From: Azolla caroliniana
Lineage: Eukaryota > Plantae > Polypodiophyta
Direction: 5' to 3'
NCBI GenBank assembly: GCA_043228905.1
Contig: JBHGNT010000006.1
Coordinates: 8,680,001 to 8,744,000 of the forward strand
DNA length: 64,000 bases
The notes under the pieces were generated by a model. It was given only the letters and a program-made list of their open reading frames with translations, made no database searches and had not been told where the DNA came from. Position 1 is the first letter of the stretch. Each line of letters opens with the position of its first letter. Positions 24,117 through 36,400 of the stretch are shown here, piece by piece. The position numbers were made by a program, and so were the translations under genes.

Positions 24117-26799
24117 CAAGTATGTTGGAGATGAATGCCCCATGAATGCCTAGTGCAGATGCACTTCTATGTTATCAGACAATAAGGCCTCAAGTGTTCC
24201 TAACTTATCCAAATATCCACAACGACCCTAATCTTACAGTGACAATCGTGCAAAGAGTTATGCAGAGTTGGCAAGGTTTACTCCCACCAGTACTATACAT
24301 GCAACTTGACAACACAGCAACAGAAAACAAGAACTCAACTGTGTTTGGTTATTTTAGCATGTTAATAGACAAGGGTATTTTCAAAAAGATTAAGGTCAAC
24401 TTCTTGTTAGTTGGTCATACACATGATCACATAAATCAAATGTTTAGTAGGTTCTCCAAGAAATTAGCAAGGTGCGATGCTTTCGCACTTCCTGTGCTAT
24501 CAAGGTTGATCGTTGAAGCTTATACCCCCAAGCCAGATGTGCGACATTTAGATGAAGTATATGATTTCAAGCGCTTTTGTTTGGATGGTGATGAGACTGG
24601 ATGTAGGGTTCTTGCTCCGCTTAATAATATAAGTTTTAACCACATCTTACACATCCAAAAAAGTGTGATCGGTCACTACCAAACCATGTTGTATGCTAAA
24701 CAATACTCATCTAGTTTGCAATGGGAGCCACAAGACAGATGTAGGCTCTTATTGCATTTCCCAGATGCAATAATCTATGGTGTTGAGCAAATGCCCTATG
24801 ACAACCATAAAAGATTGGTTGTTGGTAATTCAATTAAAGAACAAAAGATATATTGGATGTGGTGCCTTGAGGAAAAACAGAAAAATATTGAGCGAACCAA
24901 AAAGTACATTGGTGATCAGGATGTGGATTGATGGGATGTCTTCTTTAATCATCAACATACAATATTAGATAACCACTTTACAGGGTATTGGCGACTACAA
25001 AATCAATTCGAATGGGCGCTTGGTGGCCCATCAATGGCAAGCACGACTCCTTTACAACCACTAGATAATCTTGAATTGAATAATCTAGTTCGTCCACGAC
25101 AAAGAGATATTTACGTGGGACCAAGATTATCACATGTTACAAAGGCGAGGTGGCAAGGCAATCTACATGAGCTACAAGTTGGTATGTTGGTTGCAACATT
25201 AGCGGGGGGTGATAAGTTGGGTCATCCCTTCTGGATTGCCAAAATCATTGAAATTATTAAGGATGATGATGGCAATCAAGTAAAGTCTATTATGGTTCAT
25301 TGGTATCATACCTCTTCCAAAGATGCATTTACTGGAAAGTACTCTTTAGAGATGGTTAAGAATGTCGAAGGCACAAACAGAAAGCGAAGAAGAAAGAATC
25401 CAGCAAGCAAGTCTACTCTAGCACTTGATAATGTCGACATACTCGTGTATGACTTCTCCTTGACCAAAACAGGCCATCTAAGACAGACTACAATCAAGAT
25501 AATAAAAGAGAAGATCTTAGATGTGCTTGTTGACGCAACACAGAGACGAACAAGGAGTATGTCTCATAATCACGGTGATGTTTGATTGCAATTGGATGAA
25601 GACAATGCATTGGTTGCTAGTGATGATGAGGATGAGACCTCACAAAGCTCTTCTAGTTCATCAGGTGGGTCTGAAGGGGAAGGTGTTGTCGAGGAAATCC
25701 TCGCGTGTTCGTGAAATGAAGTGGGACCGCCGGGGTCCTAGACCGGAAGGATTCAAAGTTTGTATTAGCTTTAGTGGGAAAGTTTTTAAGATAGATTGAG
25801 AGAGATTGAAAGATGGAGATTCCAATTTAGAAACAGATTAAGAGAGAGAGAGAGAGAGAGAGATAGATTGATTGATTGAACCCTTTATTTCAATTTTGAG
25901 AGACAAGATACATCACCAATAAGATAACTAGATTTTATTATTGTTTTCTTGATTCAGTACATATCTTTCTTGATCAATTCATTCCTTGATTCTTTTCTTT
26001 TTCCTCCACTCTTTTATAGATGCCCCCATGCATATGATGCATGTGAGGGTGCAAGACATGCATACAATGCATGTAATGCATGCGATGCATGTTTACCATT
26101 TGGCGCTCATGCATTACATGTGATGTATGATAACCATGTCATTCATGTAAGCTCTCATGTATGAGAATTTACATATGAAAAAGTATAACAATGAAAATAA
26201 AACTTTTAAAGAAATGACTTGGCCTTGTGGGGGGAGTCGGTCAAAAGCTAAAATGAGAGTCGGTCGGCCGGAATCGGCCGAAAAGCAGAAACGAGAGTCT
26301 TCTTGCCGAAATCGTTCAGAAAGCCGAAAGAAAAGTCAGTTGGTCGAAATCGGCCAAAAAAGCCAAAATGGGAGTCGGCTGCTGAAATCGGTCAGAAAAC
26401 CGAAACAAGAGTCGGTTGGCCGAAATCGAAATAAAAGCCGAAATAAGATTCAAACAAATAGTATTCGGCCGAACAAAAGTTTAAACGAATACACACATAT
26501 ACATACATATAGTCATATATATATATGTGTGAGATAAGTGAGTCTTTATATAGAGAGAGTCATATTAGCTGCATATATATGTAGGATAACTCCTTGAGAA
26601 GAAAACAGTGAGAGAAGCGTGAAAGTGTCCATTCTCGGTTTTCTCCTTTCCACATGATTTTCATACCGTTGCTGAAAATCTTTACGACATCCACCCCCAC
26701 CAAAGCGCACGTCCTCCGGTACGTGCCAAGAAGAGAGAGTGTGAGATTTCGGCTATGGTGATTAGTATGATTCCTCCATTTCGAGCATGTCTCTTCCTT

Positions 26800-28862
26800 T
26801 CACTCGAACCATTGTCACCACCCTATCCACCATATCATTCGCTCATTCTTTGCTTTACCATGACCAGTTGTCATGGCCCCTTTGTCTCCTTCCGAGCATA
26901 ACTATTTCGGCTTTATGCATGTTCCACCTTTGTCTCGATCGTCTCCTTGCTCAAGGCACTTTGACCCGTCACGCATTTTTGTTTTGTGTCTTTCTCCCTA
27001 AGCCTTTATCTGAATAATGACATTGCCCAGTTCGAGATCGTTACGCAACCATGCTCTATATTTCTCACTTTGTCCAGTTTCATGATACAATCTCATGTTA
27101 GAGTTGACAATCTTCACACTAGTGTCTTTGCTAGATGTTTCAATCACATCCTTCGGATCCTCATGGCTCACTTGACCATCGTCATCCCTTGTCATACTTT
27201 TCTTGGACTCTTTGTTGTACGCATCAACTTTCGTCTCTATGCTTTGCTTGACCTCTTCCTCCCACACATCAGCTTCAACCCTTGCTTCTTCGTCGTCACT
27301 GTCCTTCTCTTGGGTTTTACATTGGTTAATGCCCAAGTCTCCAGAACGAGTGTGGAGAGATCCATATGTATTTGTCGACCATCCGCCGACATCGTTATTT
27401 GCATCGGCTTGGACATTCGCTTCCCTGCCATCATCTTCTGTCTCTTGGATCTCACGTTGGCTTTGAAACGTGACTGCCCCAGTCTCTAGAACATGTGCGA
27501 AGGAATCCATTTTTCTTTGGTCAATTGCCTCTGACACCTTTGTCTTTATGTCATCTTTCACATCGGATTTGACCTTCCCCTCATTGCCACCTCCTGTCTC
27601 TTGGGTCTTATGTTGGTTCTCAGACACAACTACCCAAGTCTCTGGAACTAGTGTGGCAAAAGTCTTCTCACCACCATTCACCATCGACACGTCCATATCT
27701 ATCTTCGCCTCGATGTTGTGCACACCATCTTGTTCCTTCCCCTTACTACCACCTTCCATCTCTTGGGTCTCACATTGGCTCTCTGCAACTGCCCAAGTCC
27801 ATAGGCACCTCTGACTCGATGTCATTTCTCATGGCTATCTCTTCCCTCTCATGGGCCTCCTACCCATTGAACCTCTTGTTCAAGAAAACTTTGATTATGC
27901 CTCTCTCTTCATCGCATGTATCAGATTCGACCTTCGGTTCCTCACTGACACCTTCCATCTCTTAGGTCTCACGTTGGTTCTTGGACGCAACTGCTTGAGT
28001 CTTTAGAGCAAGTGCGGAGAAAATCTGGTCGTGGTTGTTGTCGACGCTTGTTGTCTTGTTCATAGCCACCTCCTTGATGTCGATTTTAGTGGCTAGATCC
28101 TCCATCATGTCGACCTCACAATCTTTATCTCCCTTGATGCAAGATTCGATTAAGCTTGCTCCTCCATCAGGCTATCTCTTCCCTCTCATGGGCCTCCTAC
28201 CCATTGAACCTCTTGTTCAAGAAAACTTTGATTATGCCTCTCTCTTCATCGCATGTATCAGATTTGACCTTCGGTTCCTCACTAACACCTTCTGTCTCTT
28301 GGGTCTCACGTTGGTTCTTGGATGCAACTGCTTGAGTCTTTGGAGCAAGTGCAGAGAAAATCTGGTCGTGGTTGTTGTTGACACTTGTTGTCTTGTTCAT
28401 AGCCACCTACTTGATGTCAATTTTAGTGGCTAGATCCTCCATCATGTCGACCTCACACTCTTTATCTCCCTTGATGCAAGCTTCGATTAAGCTTGCTCCT
28501 CCATCATCCGATGTTTTGAACACGACACATATTCTGAAACATTCATCCTCCCTTGAAGTGGCCTTCTCCATCCTCGAGTCATCATCAATCTTCTTTTCAT
28601 GTAGGTTGCTTTGTTTAGGCGGCTCGACTTCTTTAGATGGTCTTGTTTTTCCTACACTTGACCTTACCAAGTCAATATCATCAAGCCATTGACGACGCCT
28701 ATTGATCTTGTTGCACGCTCTCTTCACTACAACCCAGTCTGCCACAAGCCCGTTCACTTGGGTATCATCTTCGAGGAGAGTCCCCAATTCTCGTCTATCC
28801 TTCATATCCACAACTTTTAGGAAGTACAAAGTTTTGTCCTCCTTAAGTAGCACTTGGTCCGT
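26800..28862 (-). pseudogene. Element C gag C-terminal part plus acidic peptide-repeat region
   Basis: DQVLLKEDKTLYFLKVVDMKDRRELG..., then repeated ETWA/VxxxxxxETQETEG units; ~210-bp internal duplication (27835-28145 vs 28172-28500). Confidence 0.7.
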
Positions 28863-29599
28863 TGTGTTAACTATTTCTGGGGGAAACGCCTTCGTTGAGC
28901 CCACCGGCTATCGGTATTCAAGGGATCGTGTTACGTGGAAGGCTCTTCTACACCAAGAAGATGTTATGGGAACGAGGAGCGTACACGGGCTACAACCCGT
29001 TAGACATAGAAGTAGCTCGATTTACGAGTACGGGGAGAATACACCGATGAAGGAACAGTAAGAGCGAGACTTATATTAAATGAGAAAGCTCACAATGATT
29101 ATAGTACACGGCTCTCGGCCGGAAACAGTTTGTCCAGAGCTCAGCGCTACGATATTAACTTTTCTAAATAATCTAGGCATCTCTCCCCCCTTCGACGTAT
29201 GCAGATCTCAGTTTATATAGTTCTCTTCTTTAGACAGAGTCGAGCCATCAGCTGATTGTGAAGGCTAAAAACTCGACTTATTCTAGTTCTACCTATTTCT
29301 TCACCTACTTTTCTACCTACCAACGACTTTACATATGATGTATTTATATTTCTGTCCTATGGAAAACACCTGACACGCCCGTGGGACAGGACTTTGCCCG
29401 TCGGACCCACGATTCACAATGTGGAGGGATAACCACGGATTTTGCAAAAACAAAACAAATTCCAAAAGTTGCATGTTTATACAAGGGCTTATGGGTTTGT
29501 TTTAATCCTCTTCTAATCTTTCGAGGATATCCTCGGGGGTGTGGGGTTGGTCTGGCTGCTCGGAAGGTGGGGTTGGTGATGGGGGTTTTGCTGCCGAGT

Positions 29600-32235
29600 C
29601 GGGGATGGCTGTGTCTTCGCGTGTGTCGCTCTCTGTTGGTTCTGATTCAGGCAAGGTCGTGGTCGTAGTTGTGGCTCCATTGTGATGTGGGGATCTGTAG
29701 GGGCAGGTTCCTCCTGTCTGGCTTCCGTGGTGGTTGGCTCGGATTTGTGCTCGTCGGTCGTGGTAGCTCTGTTAGTCCCGGTAGCTAGGCGTTCCTCCTC
29801 TTAAGCTTCGGCTTCTAAACGGAACATCATTTGATCGTCGGTGAAGTCCTCTAGATGTTGCTCGATGGTCGCGGTATGGGATGTTGCTAAGGTATGATAT
29901 TCTGCAGTCCAGTCTTCAGAGAGGGTCTAGATGTTGGTGTCATCCATCTTGTAAAACCCTCAGCCCTCCTTCCTTCGGTTCTCGGTGTCCGCGCGTAATA
30001 TGTGTAGTTCAACGGCTTGGGCTGACCATTCCTGCCATACACAGTCGAGCATTTCCTCGATCTTCATGGTGAATTGTTTGCGATACTTGTTGATCAAGAT
30101 CTTTATTTTAGTATCGTCCATGCCGATGCTAGCTCGGTGAACTTCCACTTCCTCCCTTGCGGCCTTGGCGTCTTCTTGGCATTTGCGGAGGAGGAGCGCT
30201 AGAGTAGCTTGGTTATCTTTTGCTTTTTCGGTTATGAGCGTGATTGTCTGCTCGTAACGTTTGGTGAGCTGAGCTACAGTTTCGTCCATTTCCTGTCTCC
30301 AAGCGTCCCGATGTCGTTCTCTGGTGGCGATGTGCTCTGTTTGTAGCTGGTGATACGCATCGGAAATTTTCGCCCTTTGCTCTTCCGAGATCCTCCACTT
30401 TTGCATGTGTTTGTTTGCCAATTCTTGTAATGCCCTTTGTTGACGGCGTCATTCCTGGTTGTCTGCGAATAGCTCGCGTTCCCATTGGCTATTCCACTTT
30501 GTTCTTTGATGAATCGTTCTTTGGCCTCGGTGATAGAGACTTGAAGGTTCATCACCTCTCTTTCTTGTTCTTTGAGTGCGGTCGAGCTTTCAGCAAGCAG
30601 TACATTGAGATTAGCTTCACGGCCCACGGCTTGTTCCCGTAGTTGGCCAATAATGTTGTTGTGGGTTTGTTCTGCTAACTCGGCCAAAGTGATCTGGCCC
30701 TTAAGCTCGTCTTGGTAGTCACGGAGGGGAGGCCTTGTCTGGGTTGCAGCTTGCTAGTTTCGAGGAGTGGGTTCCTTGTCCGTCTGTGTAGATCTTTCCA
30801 TGACGACAAGTGGTGGTGGCGTTTGCGTGGAAGAGTGGCTGGTTTGGGGGTGCGGCTTTTTATCTACTAGTGAAGATGTCTCGCTTGTCTGTACCGAATC
30901 CGTCATTGTGCTTGCATCGATCGTGGCTACCCTGGGGTGAGCTGTGTCATCATTGTGTGCTTCGGTAACAGTAGGACTCAGGCTCGGGTTCGGTAGAGGG
31001 GTTGGTGAGACATCGGTACTCGGGGCAGGGAGGCTTAAGGGTGGTTGTTCTTGAGGTTGCTTCTCCAATGACGCCAGTTTCTTCTCGGCGGCTTGCCATA
31101 ACTCTGTGGCCCATTTTTCTTGCTGCGGTGTCGTTTTGATACGTCGGGCCATGTCCTTGGCTGCCCGAGTTGTGTGGCGCAGATTTCGATATGCCTCGAC
31201 TAAGGCTGTGTTTAGATCTAGTAGCTCCATCAGGAGAGAAGCATTCTGTGCTTGCTTCTTCCGTCCTATCTTCTGTAAGGCTCGATCCTCGTGAGGTTCG
31301 ATTTCTCCCATTAGAGCGCATTGGATCATCATTGTTTCCGCGTGCTCCTCAGCCATATGAGCGGCGGCAACTACTTGGGCGCGCGCGAGGAAATCCATTA
31401 ACTGATATGTTGTGCCCAGTCGAAGTAGTGCATTGAACTCGTATGCCTCCGCGGGGAGGTCTTTGTAACCGAGGACTTCCTCCTCTGATATCTACGTGGT
31501 TTGTCCATGCTCGATCCTACCTACTTGGAGCCATGAATCTACTGGTACCATGGTCGTGGCGGGCGGGCTGGCCTCCTTTGATTTCTGATGCTGGGTCCCC
31601 TCCTATTCTGTGGTCGACTCGTGATTGATGCTTCGTCTCGTTTTCAGTTGATCCTGTGAGTATGGGGCCTATAGTGTTGGCTCCTTGGCTTGTTTCCTCT
31701 TTTCTTGTCGTATGCCCGAGGGCTGCTGGTTAGTGGGGCGTGGGCTCGGTTGTGGAGAGGGCATTGATGTCCTTGGTGTCTTCTGTCGTATGGTGACATC
31801 GTCAGTGACGGGCTCCTCGGCCCCGTCCCATTCGACACGGGTCACTGGTAACGCTCGTTGCTTCTGTGTTTTTGGTGGGGGTGGTGCCGAGGTGGGGGTA
31901 GGATACCGAACGGCCGAGGGAGGTGAAGAAGGAGAGGGGTCTTTTCATTCTTCCTAGGTTAATGCCAAAATTTTCTCCCATTGTTTCCATGGTGGTGGTG
32001 GAGAGGTAAGGATACGACGAAGGGAAAACGAAGGAGGTGGGTAGAGGACTGTGAGGTAATGATTCATCACAGGTAACAAGCGCTTACCGGTTTGAAAAGA
32101 TTCTAGCGCTGCACGGACTCCTTCACCGGTGATGATTCCCCAATCAATTTTGTCGCCTTCATACGCTCTGATGATGATGAAAGCTTTATTCTGTGGCATA
32201 CTCGTAGGATTTGTATGCACAAAGGCGTATTCCAT
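29600..32235 (-). pseudogene. Element D extra 3' ORF (coiled-coil and Pro/Thr-rich), fragmented
   Basis: Same-strand ORF pieces 31954-32235, 30754-31398, 30274-30687 and 29960-30421 with heptad-like helical content; no family recognised. Confidence 0.55.
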
Positions 32236-32259
32236 TAAAATTCGGGCGATCTCCCCAAA

Positions 32260-33456
32260 AGCCTTGTTTGGTCCTCCGTAAGTGCGGTAAGCTTGTCATC
32301 CCAATCGATGCGGTTCTCATTGACGATCTCTTTCAGGATTGTTTGCAAAATTTTATTAGTAGATTCCGCCAATCCGTTTGCTTGAGGATAGTACGGTGCA
32401 CTTTTCTTATGTACAACCGTGTAGTGTGTAGTGAGCTCCTGAATTATGTGGTTTATAAAATGCCTGCCTTGGTCACTAATGAGCTCTATTGGGCATCCAT
32501 ATCGGCACCATAGATGTTTGTATACGAATTTTGCCGTGGATGCAGTCGTGTTATCCCGTAGTGCCTTAGCCTCAACCCATTTTGTGCAATAGTCCGTGGC
32601 CACGATTATGTATTTGTTACCGGTGCAAGCCGCGGCTGGTTTGAAAGGTCCCACAAAATGGCTCTAACGGCAGAATGGGTTGGTGCGACATCCGGGCTTG
32701 CTCGGTCGGTTGTCCCATGCGTTGACACAGATCGCACTGTCGACAGAATTCATGAGCATCTTTCTTTGTTGTGGGCCACCATAAGCCACTTTTCCATATT
32801 TTTCTTGCCGTGGCCTCTCCAGGGTAATGTCCCCCTGCGATTTCGTGATGTACCTCCCGGAGGATTGCGTGTTTCTCGAATTGACGGATTGCACGGCGCC
32901 AGATGTCGTCCGAACCTTTGTGGTAGAGGGTGTCGGAGACCAGACAAAAGTTTCGGCTCCTAACAGCTAGTCGTTTCCGAGCATCGAGGGTCAAGTGGTC
33001 AGGAGGAAGGCCGGTGCTAAGAAAATGTGTCATCTTCGTGATCCATTCGTCTGGCACTATTTTGAGACTGAAAAGGGCGGCATCGGGTAGATCATCGTAC
33101 GTGGACTTGGTTGGTTCTCCTGACTCGAGGTGGCTCAGGTAGTCAGCTATGATGTGTTGGACTCCGGGCTGGTGCTGGATCTGAAAATCAAACTCTTGTA
33201 GCAGGAGCATCCATCGGGCCAGGCGATCTGTGAGGGCCTGCTTATTAACCAAGTAGAGGAGAGTCGAGTGATCGACGTGGAATGTGAATTTCCGGCCCAA
33301 GAGGTAATGCCGGAACTTGTTGATGTTGTAGACCATACCGAGGGCCTCGCGTTCCGTTGTTGAGTAGTTCTTCTCCGCGGCTGAGAGTCATCGGCTAGCG
33401 TAATACATTGGCCGGTACCAATTTGGTGGTGTGTGCCGCATGAGCGCGCTACCGAT
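32260..33456 (-). pseudogene. Element D RNase H and integrase (C-terminus deleted)
   Basis: NYSTTEREALG, FTFHVDH, GHY..TARKI..CRQCDLCQ, VATDYCTKWVEA, ISDQG, PQANGLAE. Confidence 0.9.
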
Positions 33457-33461
33457 GGCTA

Positions 33462-36400
33462 TGTCATGATATGGCAAGACTCGAACCCATGACCTTATGG
33501 TATATGGGTCGAGCTCTTAACCATCACACCATCTATTGTAATTCATAGGATATTATTTTCATTTATGTTTTATTATAAGAAAGTAATGTATATTCCAGAT
33601 TTCTCTGGAACATTCTAGAAGTTTCAGGATTACTCCTGACAACACTATAAAAGAAGGCACTAGGCATTATGTTGAACCAAATTGGTTCAACGCCAGTCTT
33701 AAGCCTCTTAGCCGCTTTGTACTTATCTTTTCACATAATATATTAGTTGTTGTCATCATCTCTCTCTCTCTCTCTCATCCTCGCTATCTCTCTCTCCTCT
33801 TCTCACTTCCTCTCTCGGGAATCTTACGCAGTCCCGTCCCCTTAATACTAATAGTACTACTCTTCTTAGTACTAATTCCATCTCTGCTTAGTACTATTCC
33901 TGACAGTTTGAACCAATTTTCCTTTCCTCCAGCCTTCTTGTCGTCCTCTTATATCAAGTCTTTTAGAGCGAGTTAATGGTGCCAAGTTTTTTACCAAAAT
34001 CGATCTACGAGGAGCGTATAACCTCGTGCGGATCCGACGGGGAGATGAATGGAAGACTGCCTTTCGCACGCGGTATGGGCATTTCGAGTATACTGTTATG
34101 CCGTTCGGCTTAACCAATGCACCCGCAATCTTCCAACACATGGCAAATGATATATTCAGAGACCTCTTAGATATCTGTTTGATCATCTATCCGGATGATC
34201 TATTGATTTATTCGAAGACCCAGCAAGAGCACGATTCTCATGTACTATTAGTACTAAAGCGACTCCGCGAGAATGGTCTTTATGCCAAGCTAGAAAAATG
34301 TAGCTTTGACTGCAAGCAAGTGGAATTTCTAGGCTACGTCATCTCCTCAAAGGGCATCGCCATGGATCTAGCTAAAGTCCAAACTGTACTAGAGTGGCAA
34401 ATTCCACGGTCGGTACGAGATGTACAATGTTTTCTAGGTTTTGCTAACTTCTACCGTAAGTTTATACAGGATTACTCGAAGATTATTTTACCCCTCACAC
34501 AACTTACGAAGAAGGGCCAAGGATTTCTTTGGTCCATTGAAGCAGATATGGCTTTTCGGCATCTTAAGAAAGCCTTTACATCAGCACCGATTCTAGCTCA
34601 TGTGGATACCAGCAAACCATTCATCATGGAGGCCGACGCTTCAGATTTCGCCCTCGGTAGCATCCTTTCTCAACAAGGAGATAAAGAAGAGTTGCATCCG
34701 GTGGCTTTCCATTCGCGCAAATTCGATGTCGCGGAAATCAACTACGAAATACATGACAAGGAGTTATTAGCCATCGTGGATTCATTTGTGCAATGGCGGC
34801 ATTTCTTAGAGGGCTCTCCACATCAGGTCATTGTCTTTAGTGATCATAAAAATCTTGCTTATTTCCAGAACGCTCGCGTACTAAATCGACGGCAAGCTCG
34901 GTGGGCGCAATTCCTCACGCATTTCGACTTCAAAATCACATATCGACCGGGGAAGCAGCAAGGAAAAGCAGATGCACTATCACGGCGTTCATATCTTACA
35001 CCTCGTCCTGGTGATCCAACATTTGATAATCAAAAGCAAGTAACCTTGGGACCAACACGATTGCACACGACGCGGATTTTTCACACCCCGATGGATTCAC
35101 AGATTATCGATGACATACGTGCAAACTTGAAGATAGATAGTTTTGCTCAAGACATCTTGGAGCACATAGATACTTCTTGGGCATCCTGTTCTCAGTCTCA
35201 ACAACTAGGTATTGACTACCGACAATTCGAATATCATGATGGTTTGTTATTCTTTAAAAAGCGCGTATATGTCCCCGATTGCTCCTGTCGCCTTCAAATC
35301 GTCCAGCCACGACACCCATACGGCGGGACATTTCGGTAGTACTAAGACGTTGGACCTAGTGCAACGATCTTTTTGGTGGCCTCACATGCGTCGTTTTGTC
35401 GACGACTACGTTCGGACCTGTGATGCTTGCTGCCGAGCAAAGATGCCACGACACCATCCATACGGCTTGTTGGAACCCTTACCGATTCCAAGTAAGCCGT
35501 GGCAGTCTATTTGTCTTGATTTTATCACAGATCTGCCGGTCTCACATGGGTTTGATGCTATCTTAACTGTCGTCGATCGATATACGAAGATGGCACATTT
35601 TGTTCCGTGTACTAAGGCCATCACTAGCGAGGAAACCGCCGCCCTAGTCATGCGTGAGGTATTTCGGCATCATGGCCTCCCAGACAATATCATCAGTGAC
35701 CGAGGACCGCAATTTGTCTCCAAATTTTGGCAGCATCTCTTCAAGATGCTCAAGGTCTCTTGCAACCTCTCCTCCGGCTACCATCCTCAGACCGATGGGC
35801 AGGCGGAACGAACAAACCAAACGCTGGTGCAATATCTCCGGTGTTTCCTGAGTTATCAACAGGATGATTGGGCCGAGATTCTCCACTTTGCGGAGTTTGC
35901 GTATAATAATGTTGTTCACTCCTCGACTCGAGTCTCCCCATTCTACGCTTATACCGGTTCTCATGCCCGCTGGTCCATGATCGACACCCCGGAGCTACCT
36001 ACCAATCCTCGTGCCGGGGATCATTTGGAGAGACTACGCAAGATCCAGACAAATCTCTCGACTCATCTTCGTCATGCTTAACAGACACAGAAGACTTACG
36101 CGGATCGTCATCGGATTCCCTCCTCTTTTGCCATCGGAGATCGAGTATGGCTCTTACGTCGTCATATCAAGACGAGTACCATGCGACAAGTTGGATTATC
36201 GACGACTCGGTCCTTTCCGTATTACGGGTAAGGTTAATAATGTCACATTCCGCCTTGATCTCCCTCCGCAGCTTCAGATACATCCGGTTTTCCATTGTTC
36301 TCTTCTTGAACCTTACAAAGCAAACACCATTCCCGATCGTGTTACACCACCACCGCCCCTGCTGGAGTTGGATGCCGGCCCGGAGTATGAAGTTGTTGCC

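Larger units (their letters stand above)
20027..25686 (+). pseudogene. Sola-like (DUF7869-type) DDD transposase with C-terminal Tudor/BAH-like domain, split by a TIR element and truncated by an LTR
   Basis: Cys-rich N-terminus, MGVCSIC, MCLIIDRMGQKKTCLPHF, LYMQLDNTATENKN, VNFLLVGHTHDHINQMFS. Removing 20955-24116 plus one TSD copy restores RRLPK|YVGDEC. ORF 25034-25585 is in frame with 24146-24931. Confidence 0.75.

Noticed and set aside
26230-26480. Basic 126-aa ORF over GCCGAAATCGG-type repeats
   Set aside because: A short tandem repeat inside the element C LTR, also present at 47270-47470; not a gene.
33462-33535. Functional tRNA gene
   Set aside because: Acceptor and anticodon stems do not pair convincingly; only promoter boxes and a weak T-arm remain, inside an LTR.
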